Assembly: GCF_900232105.1 (NCBI RefSeq)
Contig: NZ_LT934425.1
Coordinates: forward strand, 3,570,001 to 3,602,000
Source of the DNA: Candidatus Kuenenia stuttgartensis
Lineage (GTDB): Bacteria; Planctomycetota; Brocadiia; Brocadiales; Brocadiaceae
Direction: 5' to 3'
DNA length: 32,000 nucleotides
How positions within the stretch are numbered: position 1 is the stretch's first letter; each line of letters opens with the position of its first letter. The position numbers were made by a program, and so were the translations under genes. Below the pieces are notes generated by a model, which was not told the DNA's origin, searched no databases, and worked only from the letters and a program-made list of their open reading frames with translations. This document shows, piece by piece, positions 7,420 to 18,040 of the stretch.

Positions 7420-7765
7420 ATTCAAGTATATTATCGGTTACTTATGTAAATGACCAAAAAATACATGCAATACTTTTTATCAGAAATGCAGTTGAAATAC
7501 ACAGTATTGAGTTTAATTAAGATTGATAATTTGCTTAAAAACAATTATCGTTTAGAAAGGACAAAATATGATAGTACCTTATGCACAGTTGGCAATCGGC
7601 AATCTACTGTCGGCAAATTGCAGATTGAGGACTGAGGACTTTTTTCGTGTCAGTACAGCACGCATGTTAATAATTGTTTGAAATGTAATTATTTTTAAAT
7701 ATTATTGAACAAAACACAATTAAATTAATCAAGACGGTAAATAGTAATTAATCAGGAAATTTTTT

Positions 7766-8983
7766 ATGAATATGAATATGTCAGCGAATGAACAAATACA
7801 AACGCCAAATGGCAATACAAGGGTAATGATACTTGCAACCTTGGCATTTGCGCTATGCTTTGCCGGTTGGACATTATTTGCACCTTTAGCAATATATTTT
7901 CAGAGAGAATTTAATCTGTCTTCCACAATGGTAGGAATATTACTTGCTACGCCGGTATTACTTGGTTCCCTTGCAAAGATTCCTATGGGTATTGTGACAG
8001 ATAAGTATGGCGGAAGACTCGTTTTTACGATTATGCTTCTGTTTGGATTCGTATCTCTGTTTTTTACCGGTTTTGCCCGTAGTTATGGTTCTTTGTTAGC
8101 GTGCGGATTCTTTTTCGGTTTAATAGGATCTTCCTTTGCTGTTGGAATTCCGCATGTTTCAGAATGGTATCCAAAGAAAAAACAAGGCTTTGCATTAGGC
8201 GTTTATGGCGTGGGAAATGCGGGTACTGCCCTTGCTGCATTTGGAGCGCCATTTATCGCGGAATCTTTGGGTTGGAGTAAGGTATTTATTATTTATTCAT
8301 TTCCGTTACTTCTCATGGCATTTATCTACTGGTTTTTTACATCCAATGCCCCAAAACCTGCCAATTTAAAGGTTTCAACCCTGGGTGACAAACTGAAACT
8401 TTATAAATCTTCCAGATTGGCCTGGATCTTTTGCTTTTTTTACTTCATGTACTTTGGATTCTTCGTATGCTTTTCAGTATGGTTGCCGACGTATTTATAT
8501 GACTTTTATCATATTTCACCGGTAAAGGCCGGTAGCTTCACCTCTATATTTGTATTTCTCTCATCATTTACCCGAATCTTGGGTGGTTACCTGGGCGATA
8601 AGTTCGATGGAAGAAAAATAATGGTACTGCTTACAGTAGCCGTACTTTTTATAGCGGTATTCTTAAATTTCAACTTATCATTAACAACCGCACTCGCGGT
8701 GTTTTACATTATGGGCACTTGTCTGGGTATTGGCAATGGTGTCGTATACAAGTTGGTAGCAGAATATTATCCAAAAGATACCGGGGCTGTGGGTGGCCTT
8801 GTAGGGGCAGCAGGGGGTCTCGGAGGCTTTTTTCTTCCTATAATTTTAGGCACAATTAAAGATTACACCGAGAATTATGCTCTCGGGTATATATTTGTAT
8901 CCCTCGTTTGTCTTATGTGCCTTTCTTTTATGGAGAAAAAAACCCTGGTAAATGCACACAGAAAAGTAGCAACTGCAATGTAA
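7766..8983 (+). CDS. narK: MFS nitrate/nitrite transporter (NNP/NarK family)
   Basis: A polytopic 405-aa protein. It carries both glycine-rich NNP-type signatures: GVYGVGNAGTALAAFGAP and GLVGAAGGLGGFFLP. Confidence 0.85.
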   Translation: MNMNMSANEQIQTPNGNTRVMILATLAFALCFAGWTLFAPLAIYFQREFNLSSTMVGILLATPVLLGSLAKIPMGIVTDKYGGRLVFTIMLLFGFVSLFFTGFARSYGSLLACGFFFGLIGSSFAVGIPHVSEWYPKKKQGFALGVYGVGNAGTALAAFGAPFIAESLGWSKVFIIYSFPLLLMAFIYWFFTSNAPKPANLKVSTLGDKLKLYKSSRLAWIFCFFYFMYFGFFVCFSVWLPTYLYDFYHISPVKAGSFTSIFVFLSSFTRILGGYLGDKFDGRKIMVLLTVAVLFIAVFLNFNLSLTTALAVFYIMGTCLGIGNGVVYKLVAEYYPKDTGAVGGLVGAAGGLGGFFLPIILGTIKDYTENYALGYIFVSLVCLMCLSFMEKKTLVNAHRKVATAM

Positions 8984-9090
8984 TGAGGGCGAGAAGCGCA
9001 AAGAGGCAGTGGGGTAATATTGAAGGCTGGTGCCGGTACATAAAGACGCTAAAAATTTATTTAATGGCATTTAAATAAAGAAGAATACCT

Positions 9091-9870
9091 ATGGCTATTA
9101 TCGAAAATTATATAGGTCAGAATAAGCTGACGCAATCTGCAATAAAGGATTTAAAGGTCGGTGCACGGTTAGTATTTATTGGTGTTAATCTAAGTTTCTT
9201 AGTAGGAAATTTAATTCACGGCCTTATCTATTTCGAATTTCTTCGGGCAGGAAATCACGGACGCGAATATGAGGCACATGTGCCGAATCTGCCCGATATG
9301 TTTGGTGATATTGTGATGGCAATAGTCTTTGCTTTCGCATATCTTTTTATCGCGTCTGATTCAGTAAAAAGAGTAGCAGATGGAATCTCTGATGTTTCAT
9401 CAGGATTGACCTGCCAGGATAAACAAGCTGTGGAGCAGTTAATAAAATGGGTAAAAGGCCTTTTTTATGTAAGTATCATCGGGTTTGGATTGTATTTTCT
9501 CTCAAAATATTTCTTGTCTGAGGTACTTGAAGTATTTTTGGAAGAAGAGGAAGACGTTAGTGTTTCAATGCATCATATCTCTTTCGCCGCTCATAAACAT
9601 CATGTAATTCCAATTATCTTAAATATTTTAAACGATTTTGTTAAATTAGGTTCGGTTTTCATATTCGTTACGGTATATTGCAGGTATCTTTCCTTAGGCA
9701 AGTATGCTTTTCTTACCCTTTATGCCTTCTTTTTTATACGATTCCTCTTTGCAACCAATATGTTTGGATTTATTGATAGATATGATTTGTATATGGGCGC
9801 CGCTATCCTGGATTTTCTAACACCGGTTATTAATATTATTTCAATTATTAGTATAGCTATTGGTGTGTAA
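9091..9870 (+). CDS. hypothetical polytopic membrane protein
   Basis: A 259-aa ORF with several hydrophobic segments, 107 nt downstream of narK on the same strand. No recognisable family. Confidence 0.6.
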   Translation: MAIIENYIGQNKLTQSAIKDLKVGARLVFIGVNLSFLVGNLIHGLIYFEFLRAGNHGREYEAHVPNLPDMFGDIVMAIVFAFAYLFIASDSVKRVADGISDVSSGLTCQDKQAVEQLIKWVKGLFYVSIIGFGLYFLSKYFLSEVLEVFLEEEEDVSVSMHHISFAAHKHHVIPIILNILNDFVKLGSVFIFVTVYCRYLSLGKYAFLTLYAFFFIRFLFATNMFGFIDRYDLYMGAAILDFLTPVINIISIISIAIGV

Positions 9871-10252
9871 GATGCTTTATACCTTTGGCAACTTGACCTG
9901 AAAAAATTTTAAATGAGCTACAAAGATTGTGCAGCTATGCTGCCATTCAGAAAAGAATTTTAAATTTAAGTAGTACGATTGGCAAACTATGAAATTCATT
10001 ACCGAGAGAAGAAAAAAAGGACGGTTTATTAATGGGTCTGCTTCGCTTGGCCACTCCTATATGATTACTCCATTCAGCATGACGAACTGGCTGCCGATTA
10101 AACTTCTTGTAAAACGTTTAATCCACTGAATCGTCACCGCATTACATTCTCATCGTCAGCATGCTTAAGAAACACTATAATTGTTGCCCGGGAATGAATA
10201 TACTCAAGAGGCTTACAATTTGTGATTTATAGACAATGTCGTCGCAGTTCAA

Positions 10253-10277
10253 CACAGACAAACAAAGTTTGTCCATG
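10253..10277. repeat. copy of the ggacaaac-N3-gtttgtcc hairpin family
   Basis: cacagacaaacaaagtttgtccatg matches the reverse complement of 4157-4181 at 21/25 positions. Confidence 0.6.
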
Positions 10278-10449
10278 CTACCCTATTTTCAATTTAAAAT
10301 TCATATTTTATGGGCATCTTTAGTATAGTATAAGCCCTTACCTTAAAAATTAAGTTTCATTTTCAATCTTGTATATTTTTATTTTTACATAGAACCGTAG
10401 AGAAGTTATAGAGTCCTGTTGTAATTCATATACAGAAGAGGGGTATTGT

Positions 10450-11040
10450 GTGCAAGTAAGAAAATCTACGAAGATCAGGAGACAGCAGATTGTAGACATT
10501 ATTCGGGCTATTATTTCTTCTAAAGGGATTGAACATGTTACCATAAGCGAAATAGCTGGAGAAATGGGAACCACCAAAGGGGCTATTTACCGGCATTTTA
10601 AGAGTAAAAGGGATATACTGCGCTTATTGATAGATAATGTAGAAGAAGCCCTTATGGATACTGTTGACAATGCAATGACGGATGAAAACCCCATTCAAAA
10701 TTTAAATAATATTTTACTTGCACAACTTACTTTAGCCAAAAATCGTCGGAAGACTTCCTTTGTTGTTATTATGGGAGCCATGCAGTTTAGCGATCCAATC
10801 ATACGCAAAAAGATATTAGCGCTTATCCAGAAGTACCTGCGGAAAATAGAGAAACTGCTTTTAAGCGGCGTAAAATTGGGATTAATAAAAAAGGACATCA
10901 ATCCCAGGATATCTGCTATGGCTTTTATGGGGCTTATCCAATCTACTGTAAGCGTGTGGTCATATAAAGATTTTAATTTCGTACCAAAAAAAATGCATAA
11001 GCAGCTATGGAATATTTATCAACATGGACTTGGGCTTTAA
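10450..11040 (+). CDS. TetR/AcrR family transcriptional regulator
   Basis: N-terminal HTH: IEHVTISEIAGEMGTTKGAIYRHFKSKRDIL. GTG start. Confidence 0.85.
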   Translation: MQVRKSTKIRRQQIVDIIRAIISSKGIEHVTISEIAGEMGTTKGAIYRHFKSKRDILRLLIDNVEEALMDTVDNAMTDENPIQNLNNILLAQLTLAKNRRKTSFVVIMGAMQFSDPIIRKKILALIQKYLRKIEKLLLSGVKLGLIKKDINPRISAMAFMGLIQSTVSVWSYKDFNFVPKKMHKQLWNIYQHGLGL

Positions 11041-11053
11041 TCTTTGCACATAG

Positions 11054-11917
11054 TTATGTGAAATCATTCAGTACTATGTCGCTTATATCTATATTTTCTA
11101 TCTGTTCTTCCACGAGGGGTGACTTTTCCGAAAGCCCGGTCTTTTCTTCAAAGGTCTTTTTTTCTGCCCTGTAAATTATACCAATGGGGATCCTGTCTCC
11201 CCATTCACAGGACTTCTGAAAAGCAAGCATCCTGTCTTCCGGATTGTATGATTCATCATCGTTAACTTTATAAATTCTTTTAGAATACCATCCGAAGGTG
11301 TTCTTTTTATTAAATGATACGCAGGGCTGCAATACATCTATGAGAGCGAAACCTTTATATTTTATTCCTTCAAGGATGAGCCAGGAAAGATGCTCATAAT
11401 CTGCAGCATATCCCCTTGCAACAAATCCTGCCCCAATAGCAATCGCCATTTCCAGGGGACAAAGAGGTTCTTCAATTACCCCTTCAGGTTGGAATTTTGT
11501 TTGATATCCCGGATCTGTTGTTGGTGATGCCTGCCCTTTTGTAAGGCCGTATATTTGGTTATCGTGAACTATTAACGTTATGTCTAAATTTCTTCGTATA
11601 TTATGAATAAAGTGATTTCCACCTTCACCGTAACAGTCACCATCTCCGGTAGTAATCACTACTGTTAATTTGTGATTTGCAATTTTTGCTGCAACGGCAA
11701 CCGGCAGTGCCCTTCCATGAAGACCGTTAAAACAGTTGCATCTGATATAGTGGGGTAGTTTTGCAGCCTGGCCTATTCCGGAAACAAATAAGACATCTTT
11801 CAAATCCCTGCCAAGTTTGGCAACAGATTTTTTTACCGCAGTAAGGATACCGAAATTACCACACCCGGGGCACCAGGCTATCTCATCGCTGCTTTTAATA
11901 TCCTGAACTTCTACCAT
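11054..11917 (-). CDS. 2-oxoacid:ferredoxin oxidoreductase, beta (TPP-binding) subunit
   Basis: WCPGCGNFGIL near the N-terminus and the GDGD ... GGNH TPP motif. Its start lies 1 nt after the alpha subunit stop. Confidence 0.9.
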   Translation of the reverse strand: MVEVQDIKSSDEIAWCPGCGNFGILTAVKKSVAKLGRDLKDVLFVSGIGQAAKLPHYIRCNCFNGLHGRALPVAVAAKIANHKLTVVITTGDGDCYGEGGNHFIHNIRRNLDITLIVHDNQIYGLTKGQASPTTDPGYQTKFQPEGVIEEPLCPLEMAIAIGAGFVARGYAADYEHLSWLILEGIKYKGFALIDVLQPCVSFNKKNTFGWYSKRIYKVNDDESYNPEDRMLAFQKSCEWGDRIPIGIIYRAEKKTFEEKTGLSEKSPLVEEQIENIDISDIVLNDFT

Positions 11918-11918
11918 A

Positions 11919-13631
11919 TTATATCTCCTGTCTGATTTGCTGGATAAGAAAGTCTAAATTAAAAGGTCTGCCATCAAATTTTAATATAGATCTATTGGCT
12001 TGAATCCCGGTTTCCCGTTTTAATAATCTTGCAAGTTGGGCTCCGGCATTGTTTTCTACCACAACGGTGTTTTTCGCTCCCTTCAGTAATTCAATCATAT
12101 CGGCAGATGGGAAAGGCCAGACTTGAGGCAGATGAATGTACCCTATTTTTTTATCAGCGATTGATTCCTTTGTTTCTTTTAATACACCGTAGGTAGAACC
12201 GAAACCAATGAGAATACAATCGGCGCCTTCTACATCAAACGCTTTGGGTTTCTCTATTTCGTTCGAAAGGCCTGCCATCTTTTTATAAAATCTTTTTTCA
12301 ACCATCATTGTGCGTATCCCCGCATCTTCGGTTATGTGCCCTTCTTCTGTATGCTCATCACTGTCTGCATAGACAGGCTCTTCTATCCATGAGGGTATTG
12401 CCCTGGGAGAAATGCCTGATTCGGTGATTTGATATCGTTTATAATCTTTCACATTTTTAGACTCTTCCTTTGATAAAATATATCTTTGTACTTTTATTTT
12501 ATCCAAATCAAACATTTCGATATTTCTATAAGAGTCTGTTAAATGCTGGTCTGACATGATAATTACAGGTATCTGGTATTTTTCTGCCAGATTAAAGGCT
12601 TTTATTGTTAAGTAAAATGCCTCTTCTATTGAACCGGGCGAGAATATGAGCCTTGCAAATTCGCCATGACCTGCAGAAATGAGAAAATCCAGGTCTCCCT
12701 GTTCTGTTCGTGTGGGGAGACCGGTTGCGGGGCCTGGTCTCTGCCCTTCATAAATTACAATGGGGGTTTCCGTCATACCGGCAAGGCTTAAGCCTTCTAC
12801 CATAAGGGCAAATCCCCCGCCGGAAGTACCAGTCATTGACCGCACCCCTGCAAAGGATGCCCCGATTATCATGTTTATTGCTGCAATCTCATCTTCTGCC
12901 TGTTCGACAACCATGTTAAATCTTTTTGCATATTGTGCCATAAGGTTTGCAAGGCCGGTGGAAGGCGTCATGGGGTATGCAGAATAGAATTTACACCCTG
13001 CTTTAATTGCACCTAATCCTATTGCATCACTCGCGGTCATTAAAAGGGTGTCTTTCGCACTGCCTTTTTTTATTTTGAAGATATCCCGTTTAAAATTATT
13101 TTTGGCAAAATCATATCCGGCATGAGCGGTTTCTCTGTTTTTTTCTATGAGATCCTTTTTCTTATCGGCGAATGCAGTTCTTAATACATTATCTACGTAG
13201 CTAAAGTTCACGCCGGTCATTTCTGCCAAAAATCCACAAGCAACTGAATTAACAAATATTTCGTCCCCTCCAACCTCCTTTGCTATGTTGTACATAGGGA
13301 TATCAAAAAATGTGCTATCTTCTTCAGTAATATTAAATCTCTTTTTATCGAGGACAATTACCCCGTTTTTTGATATATCTTTTCTGTGGAGATTAACGCT
13401 TTTATTATCAAAGGCTACCATGATGTCGGAGTTTTGGCGTAGTGTATGGAGGTGTTTATCTGAGATTCTTATTTGATAAAAATTATTACCCCCCCGTATC
13501 CTTGACATGTAATCCTGGGCAGCAAAAATATAGAACCCGGCATTTTTGAACATATTACATAATGCCCCTCCTACAGTTTGCAATCCCTGGCCTGCTTCAC
13601 CGGCAATTTTTATTGTAAGCTCATTATCCAT
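11919..13631 (-). CDS. 2-oxoacid:acceptor oxidoreductase, alpha subunit (fused gamma-alpha type)
   Basis: An N-terminal gamma-like GEAGQGLQT region is followed by an alpha domain (YPMTPST, GTSGGGFALM). Substrate specificity cannot be read from the sequence. Confidence 0.9.
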   Translation of the reverse strand: MDNELTIKIAGEAGQGLQTVGGALCNMFKNAGFYIFAAQDYMSRIRGGNNFYQIRISDKHLHTLRQNSDIMVAFDNKSVNLHRKDISKNGVIVLDKKRFNITEEDSTFFDIPMYNIAKEVGGDEIFVNSVACGFLAEMTGVNFSYVDNVLRTAFADKKKDLIEKNRETAHAGYDFAKNNFKRDIFKIKKGSAKDTLLMTASDAIGLGAIKAGCKFYSAYPMTPSTGLANLMAQYAKRFNMVVEQAEDEIAAINMIIGASFAGVRSMTGTSGGGFALMVEGLSLAGMTETPIVIYEGQRPGPATGLPTRTEQGDLDFLISAGHGEFARLIFSPGSIEEAFYLTIKAFNLAEKYQIPVIIMSDQHLTDSYRNIEMFDLDKIKVQRYILSKEESKNVKDYKRYQITESGISPRAIPSWIEEPVYADSDEHTEEGHITEDAGIRTMMVEKRFYKKMAGLSNEIEKPKAFDVEGADCILIGFGSTYGVLKETKESIADKKIGYIHLPQVWPFPSADMIELLKGAKNTVVVENNAGAQLARLLKRETGIQANRSILKFDGRPFNLDFLIQQIRQEI

Positions 13632-13986
13632 AAATAGTTACCTCGATAGTATATTTGGTGGTCTCACCCCTTGTAGATTATTTCAAATTTCAATTTATTT
13701 TGTCCTGGTGGAAATTCAATCCTTTCATGAGAAAAGGTGAAAAAGGAATGGGAAATTTGTTAAGGCAAGTATAATATGCACGTTATCAAATATGATTGTT
13801 CACTGCAAGGATAATTGACAGCGTGGGATTTTGAGGGAAAAAAGAAAAATTACGCAGAAAAAGTGAGGGGTATGGCTAAAATGTGAAGAATGGTACATGG
13901 CACAGAAGTGTAATATCGTAGAGGAGACCCTTTGTGGTCGCCCGACTATATGTTACCTGGAATATAATTTATAAGCGAGAAAGACC

Positions 13987-16311
13987 GTGAATTCAAAAAA
14001 CCAAAAACCGTCGATGTATGACGTATCAAATTTTACCATTCGTGATATGACGGAATGTTGTAAAGTAGTACGCACTATTGGCAAAGGTGCAAAAAACATG
14101 GAAGAAGTTGCCAATAGCATTGTTAATCATTTATACGTCAATTTGATTGATGGGCAGAGCGGCAATAAGGCATGTTCGCTGGTTCGTTTTTTCAAAACGC
14201 ATACATTTGCAAAGCTCGACCCTGAACTTCAAAACTTTTCAAAAAATGTGTCAGGAAATAGTACTGTTTTCCCGGAGACGAAGTGCCTGACCCTCCTGGC
14301 GACCGTTGGTGAAAACCCGGCGTGGAATTCCAGAAAAACCTCAAAAGGGCACAGGGCGATTCCGCTTTTAAGCGAAGAGATGGTAGATCAGATTCCGATG
14401 ATCAAAAACCTTATTGCGCAGTTGGGGTTAGATACAGACATGGTGATCAAGCCAGACCCACGGTTTCTGTTGAGTAAAAACGATAAAATGTATAACGTCT
14501 TTTGCATACCAGAGGCGCTTGGCAGCTCCTGTATTCCTGCGCAGAAAGAATTTGTTATTCCCTATGGGATAAAATCTGTTATAGGATTTGGAGGTCTGTT
14601 TCCTTCGGGTGATATCTTTGCGATCATTATGTATCTGAAATGTACCATTACTAACAAAGTGGCGGATCTTTTTAAAATCCTTGCGCCAAATGTAAAAATA
14701 GCGGTACTGCCGTTTGAAGATACTGTATTTGCTCAATCCGCAAAAGCTTTTGTGCGTACCGCAGAAATTCAAAAGCTCAAGGATCAAATAGTTGCCATGG
14801 AGCAACTGCTGGAGGTGTACGAACAAAGCGTAATTGTGCAAACAATGAAACTTCAGAAAGAAGTATCAGAGCATAAAGAGATTGGGGAAACATTAAAGGA
14901 CAGAGAACGGTTCCTGCAGACACTTATGGATGCAATTCCAGCCCCGGTATTTTATAAGGATGAACATGGTAAGTATATCGGCTGCAACAGCGCATTTGAG
15001 GATTTTTTAGGAATGCGGGAAGCAGAAATTATTGGCAAGACCGTCTATGATGTTGCTCCCACGGAGCTTGCAGATCGCTATCACGAAGCCGATACTGCAT
15101 TGTTTAATAGGAGGGGAAGTCAGGTTTACGAAACCGTAGTGAAACACAGCAAAGGCTCAGTGCATAACGTTCTTTTCCATAAAGCAGTTTTCAATGATAG
15201 GGAAGGCAAACTCGCCGGGTTGATTGGAGTTGTTCTGGATATTACCCAACGGAAGCTGGCTGAAGAAATGCTCCGACACAGGACAAATTTTGAAAAAACA
15301 GTTGCGGCGATCTCCAGGCGATTTATAACCCTTTCTGATTTTGATGCCGCTGTTAACGCTTCCCTGGCAGATGCCGGACGGTTGTGCAGGGCAGGAAGGG
15401 CATATCTCTTTAAGTCCCGGGACAACGGCACTATTATGGATAATACTCATGAGTGGTGTGATTCGGGGGTTACCGCTGAAATGAATAACCTTCAGAACAT
15501 TCCTGTTATTGCATTTCCCTGGTTAATAAAAAACTTACAGGAAGGTAAGGTCGTTCATGTTGAGGATGTTTCTGAAATGCCGGATGAAGCAATCGCAGAA
15601 AAAATTGAATTTGAGAGACAGTCTATTAAGTCAATATTGGTCCTGCCAATATATATAGAAAAAAAACTACTTGGATTTATTGGTTTTGACAACGTAAGGT
15701 CTACCGGCCAATGGTCTGAAGATGATGTGACACTGCTCAATATCATGTCAGAGATTTTGGGAAATGCAATAGCACGTGTTGAGTCGGAAAAACTCATCAG
15801 CCACATGGCATATCATGATGCCCTTACTAAATTACCCAACCGTAACCTCCTCTATGACCGATTGAAAGTGGCCATGGCACATGCAATTCGCAGTAAAAAC
15901 ATGGTTGCAATTATAATGCTTGATCTGGATGGGTTTAAAATGATTAACGACTCCTTCGGGCATCAAATGGGTGATTTATTACTCAAGGCTGTCGCAGAAC
16001 GGTTGATGCAATGTTTGCGGGAAGGAGATACAATTGCCCGTATGGGTGGTGATGAATTTATAATCGTCATTCCAGACCTTGCTCAGACAGAAGATGCCGC
16101 TCTGTTTGCGCAGAAAATTCTGGAGGCATTTCGCCTGCCCTTTCTTATTGAGAAGCACGAACTTCATACTACTGCCAGCATAGGTATCACCATCTTCCCC
16201 CTCTACGCAAATGATTCAGAAAGCTTATTTAAACAGGCAGATGTTGCCCTGTACCTTTCCAAGGCAAAGGGTAAAAATACCTATCAAATCTACAAACCTG
16301 GCGTTACTTAA
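13987..16311 (+). CDS. diguanylate cyclase with uncharacterised N-terminal domain, coiled coil, PAS, GAF and GGDEF
   Basis: PAS: LMDAIPAPVFYKDEHGKYIGCN. A GAF-like region spans about 1290-1800 nt into the gene. GGDEF: YHDALTKLPNRNL ... ARMGGDEFIIV. The start is GTG 13987 or ATG 14014. Confidence 0.85.
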   Translation: MNSKNQKPSMYDVSNFTIRDMTECCKVVRTIGKGAKNMEEVANSIVNHLYVNLIDGQSGNKACSLVRFFKTHTFAKLDPELQNFSKNVSGNSTVFPETKCLTLLATVGENPAWNSRKTSKGHRAIPLLSEEMVDQIPMIKNLIAQLGLDTDMVIKPDPRFLLSKNDKMYNVFCIPEALGSSCIPAQKEFVIPYGIKSVIGFGGLFPSGDIFAIIMYLKCTITNKVADLFKILAPNVKIAVLPFEDTVFAQSAKAFVRTAEIQKLKDQIVAMEQLLEVYEQSVIVQTMKLQKEVSEHKEIGETLKDRERFLQTLMDAIPAPVFYKDEHGKYIGCNSAFEDFLGMREAEIIGKTVYDVAPTELADRYHEADTALFNRRGSQVYETVVKHSKGSVHNVLFHKAVFNDREGKLAGLIGVVLDITQRKLAEEMLRHRTNFEKTVAAISRRFITLSDFDAAVNASLADAGRLCRAGRAYLFKSRDNGTIMDNTHEWCDSGVTAEMNNLQNIPVIAFPWLIKNLQEGKVVHVEDVSEMPDEAIAEKIEFERQSIKSILVLPIYIEKKLLGFIGFDNVRSTGQWSEDDVTLLNIMSEILGNAIARVESEKLISHMAYHDALTKLPNRNLLYDRLKVAMAHAIRSKNMVAIIMLDLDGFKMINDSFGHQMGDLLLKAVAERLMQCLREGDTIARMGGDEFIIVIPDLAQTEDAALFAQKILEAFRLPFLIEKHELHTTASIGITIFPLYANDSESLFKQADVALYLSKAKGKNTYQIYKPGVT

Positions 16312-16672
16312 ATTCTGCAATCGATATTAACCCTTCCTTTTGCTGGTTGTATTCCACAAATACTGAAGCCCATGCCCTGAGTAGCCTTCTTTTGGACAAC
16401 AGTAATTTTGTATTCCATATACATTAAAGGCACACCAATCCTGGAGAGTTACCCTGACCCTCCAGTTGCAGCACAAGCTGGCGATGATTGAGTTTTCAAG
16501 TGAGGTTTCGTTTGAACTGAACAATGGCGCCGTGTATAATGCACCGGTCTATTTCGTATTATCCGCTAGGAGGTTACGGAAGCATATGCAGACACCTGCA
16601 GGGTTAAATTGTCCGGTGTTGAAGTTCAAGAGGCGTTGCTGCAAAAAAACACTAATTTTACGGGAGAAAAAA

Positions 16673-17479
16673 ATGAAAAAGGGGCCAAAAATTCTAATAT
16701 CGATTTTGGTGGTGCTGGTTGTTTTGATAGCGGTTGTTGCGCTGCTTACCAAGTTGTTCGGCGACCGCGCATTGAAGGTGGGGATCGAGGCCGGCGCCGA
16801 ACGATCGATGCAGGTTGGGGTACATCTTGATGATGTATCGCTGTCGATTTTCGGTGGAACGTTGAATTTAAAAAACCTCATCGTCGATAACCCGGAAGGC
16901 TATCAGCATCCCAATGTGCTGAAGGTTGGCAATACCTATATTTCCGTTAATATTCGTACCCTCTTGAGCGATACGGTGGAGGTTAAAAAAATCCAACTGG
17001 ATGATGTCTACCTGACCATCGAACAAAAGGGACTGACCAACAATCTTCGGCATATCCTCAATAATCTGCCCAAGGACGACGCCACGGACGAGCCCGGCAA
17101 AAATCTTCTCATCAAGGAACTCCAGATCAATGGCGTGACCGTCGAGGCCAAACTGCTGCCGATACGTGGACAGTCCGACACTGTTAGGCTGAGTGTTGCG
17201 CCTATGACGCTTACCAATCTCGGAACCAACGAAGATATTAATGTGGCCAAATTGACTGACATTATTTTGGAGACTATCGCCAGGAGTGTAATGGAACAGG
17301 GTAAAGGTCTGCTGCCGCTGGATATGATTAACGACATTGGCAAGGGCGTGCTGGGAGTGGGAACCGAACTGTTTCAGCATGGTACAGGTGTGGGTAAAGG
17401 CATCCTCGAAGGGGCCGGCGACGTCGGCAAAGGGGCAACCGATGCCATTCGCGGCATTTTCCAGCGCAAGAAAGAATGA
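16673..17479 (+). CDS. membrane-anchored AsmA-N/DUF748-like protein (268 aa)
   Basis: ATG 16673 is followed by the signal anchor ILISILVVLVVLIAVVALL. Repeated beta-rich segments resemble the N-terminus of AsmA-family proteins. The gene is visibly GC-rich (line 16741-16800 is 39/60 GC). The upstream part of the tracked ORF and the 235-aa antisense ORF were rejected. Confidence 0.65.
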   Translation: MKKGPKILISILVVLVVLIAVVALLTKLFGDRALKVGIEAGAERSMQVGVHLDDVSLSIFGGTLNLKNLIVDNPEGYQHPNVLKVGNTYISVNIRTLLSDTVEVKKIQLDDVYLTIEQKGLTNNLRHILNNLPKDDATDEPGKNLLIKELQINGVTVEAKLLPIRGQSDTVRLSVAPMTLTNLGTNEDINVAKLTDIILETIARSVMEQGKGLLPLDMINDIGKGVLGVGTELFQHGTGVGKGILEGAGDVGKGATDAIRGIFQRKKE

Positions 17480-17954
17480 CCTCCTTTCGATTGACGATTG
17501 AGTCGGTATATAATGGAACGTCCCGGCGGTTTTCCCCTTTCTTGAAGAATCGAAGCATCGAATCCTCATACGCACCCAGAAGTCTTGTTTTTGGTTATAA
17601 CATGATATTCTCCGGTGAAATAAGGGGAATAAAAAGGTATACCTTCTGTTCTTTTTTGTATTGTTTAAAACCCTTCAAAATCGTTTTTTTCGTGTTATTT
17701 TTGATGTCATGCAGTAAAATTTATACCAAGATATTTGATATATTTTTTTACCACATTATTTTTCAGTTTCAAATTCCATGGGTATTTTGTTAATATAACC
17801 GCGATTGAAATTTTGTAGCGGCCTGGAAATAATTATTGATAACAAATGCATGCAAAAAGTGGCAACATGCCGGAAGAAATTGCATAAAATATTTCAATTA
17901 ATGAATATTAAGAAATACTGTAATATATTGTTAAAAAGTGACTTTTATACTAAT

Positions 17955-18028
<74 letters not shown>

Positions 18029-18040
18029 TTAAAAATACTT

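Noticed and set aside
7450-7635. 61-aa ORF in the narK leader
   Set aside because: AT-rich with no SD. It runs through the simple-sequence repeats and has no recognisable features.
9871-10449. Possible gene remnants in the 580-nt spacer (for example the 46-aa MKFITERRKKGRFINGS...)
   Set aside because: Too short, with no motif. Only the hairpin at 10253-10277 is supported.
16327-16524. 65-aa minus-strand ORF just after the diguanylate cyclase gene
   Set aside because: No RBS or motif. It lies in the spacer and is probably non-coding, although CPKEGYSGHG could be a gene remnant.
16868-17575. 235-aa minus-strand ORF, together with the other nested short ORFs overlapping 16673-17479
   Set aside because: These are by-products of the local high GC. 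Only the plus-strand frame has a signal anchor and a coherent beta-rich domain.
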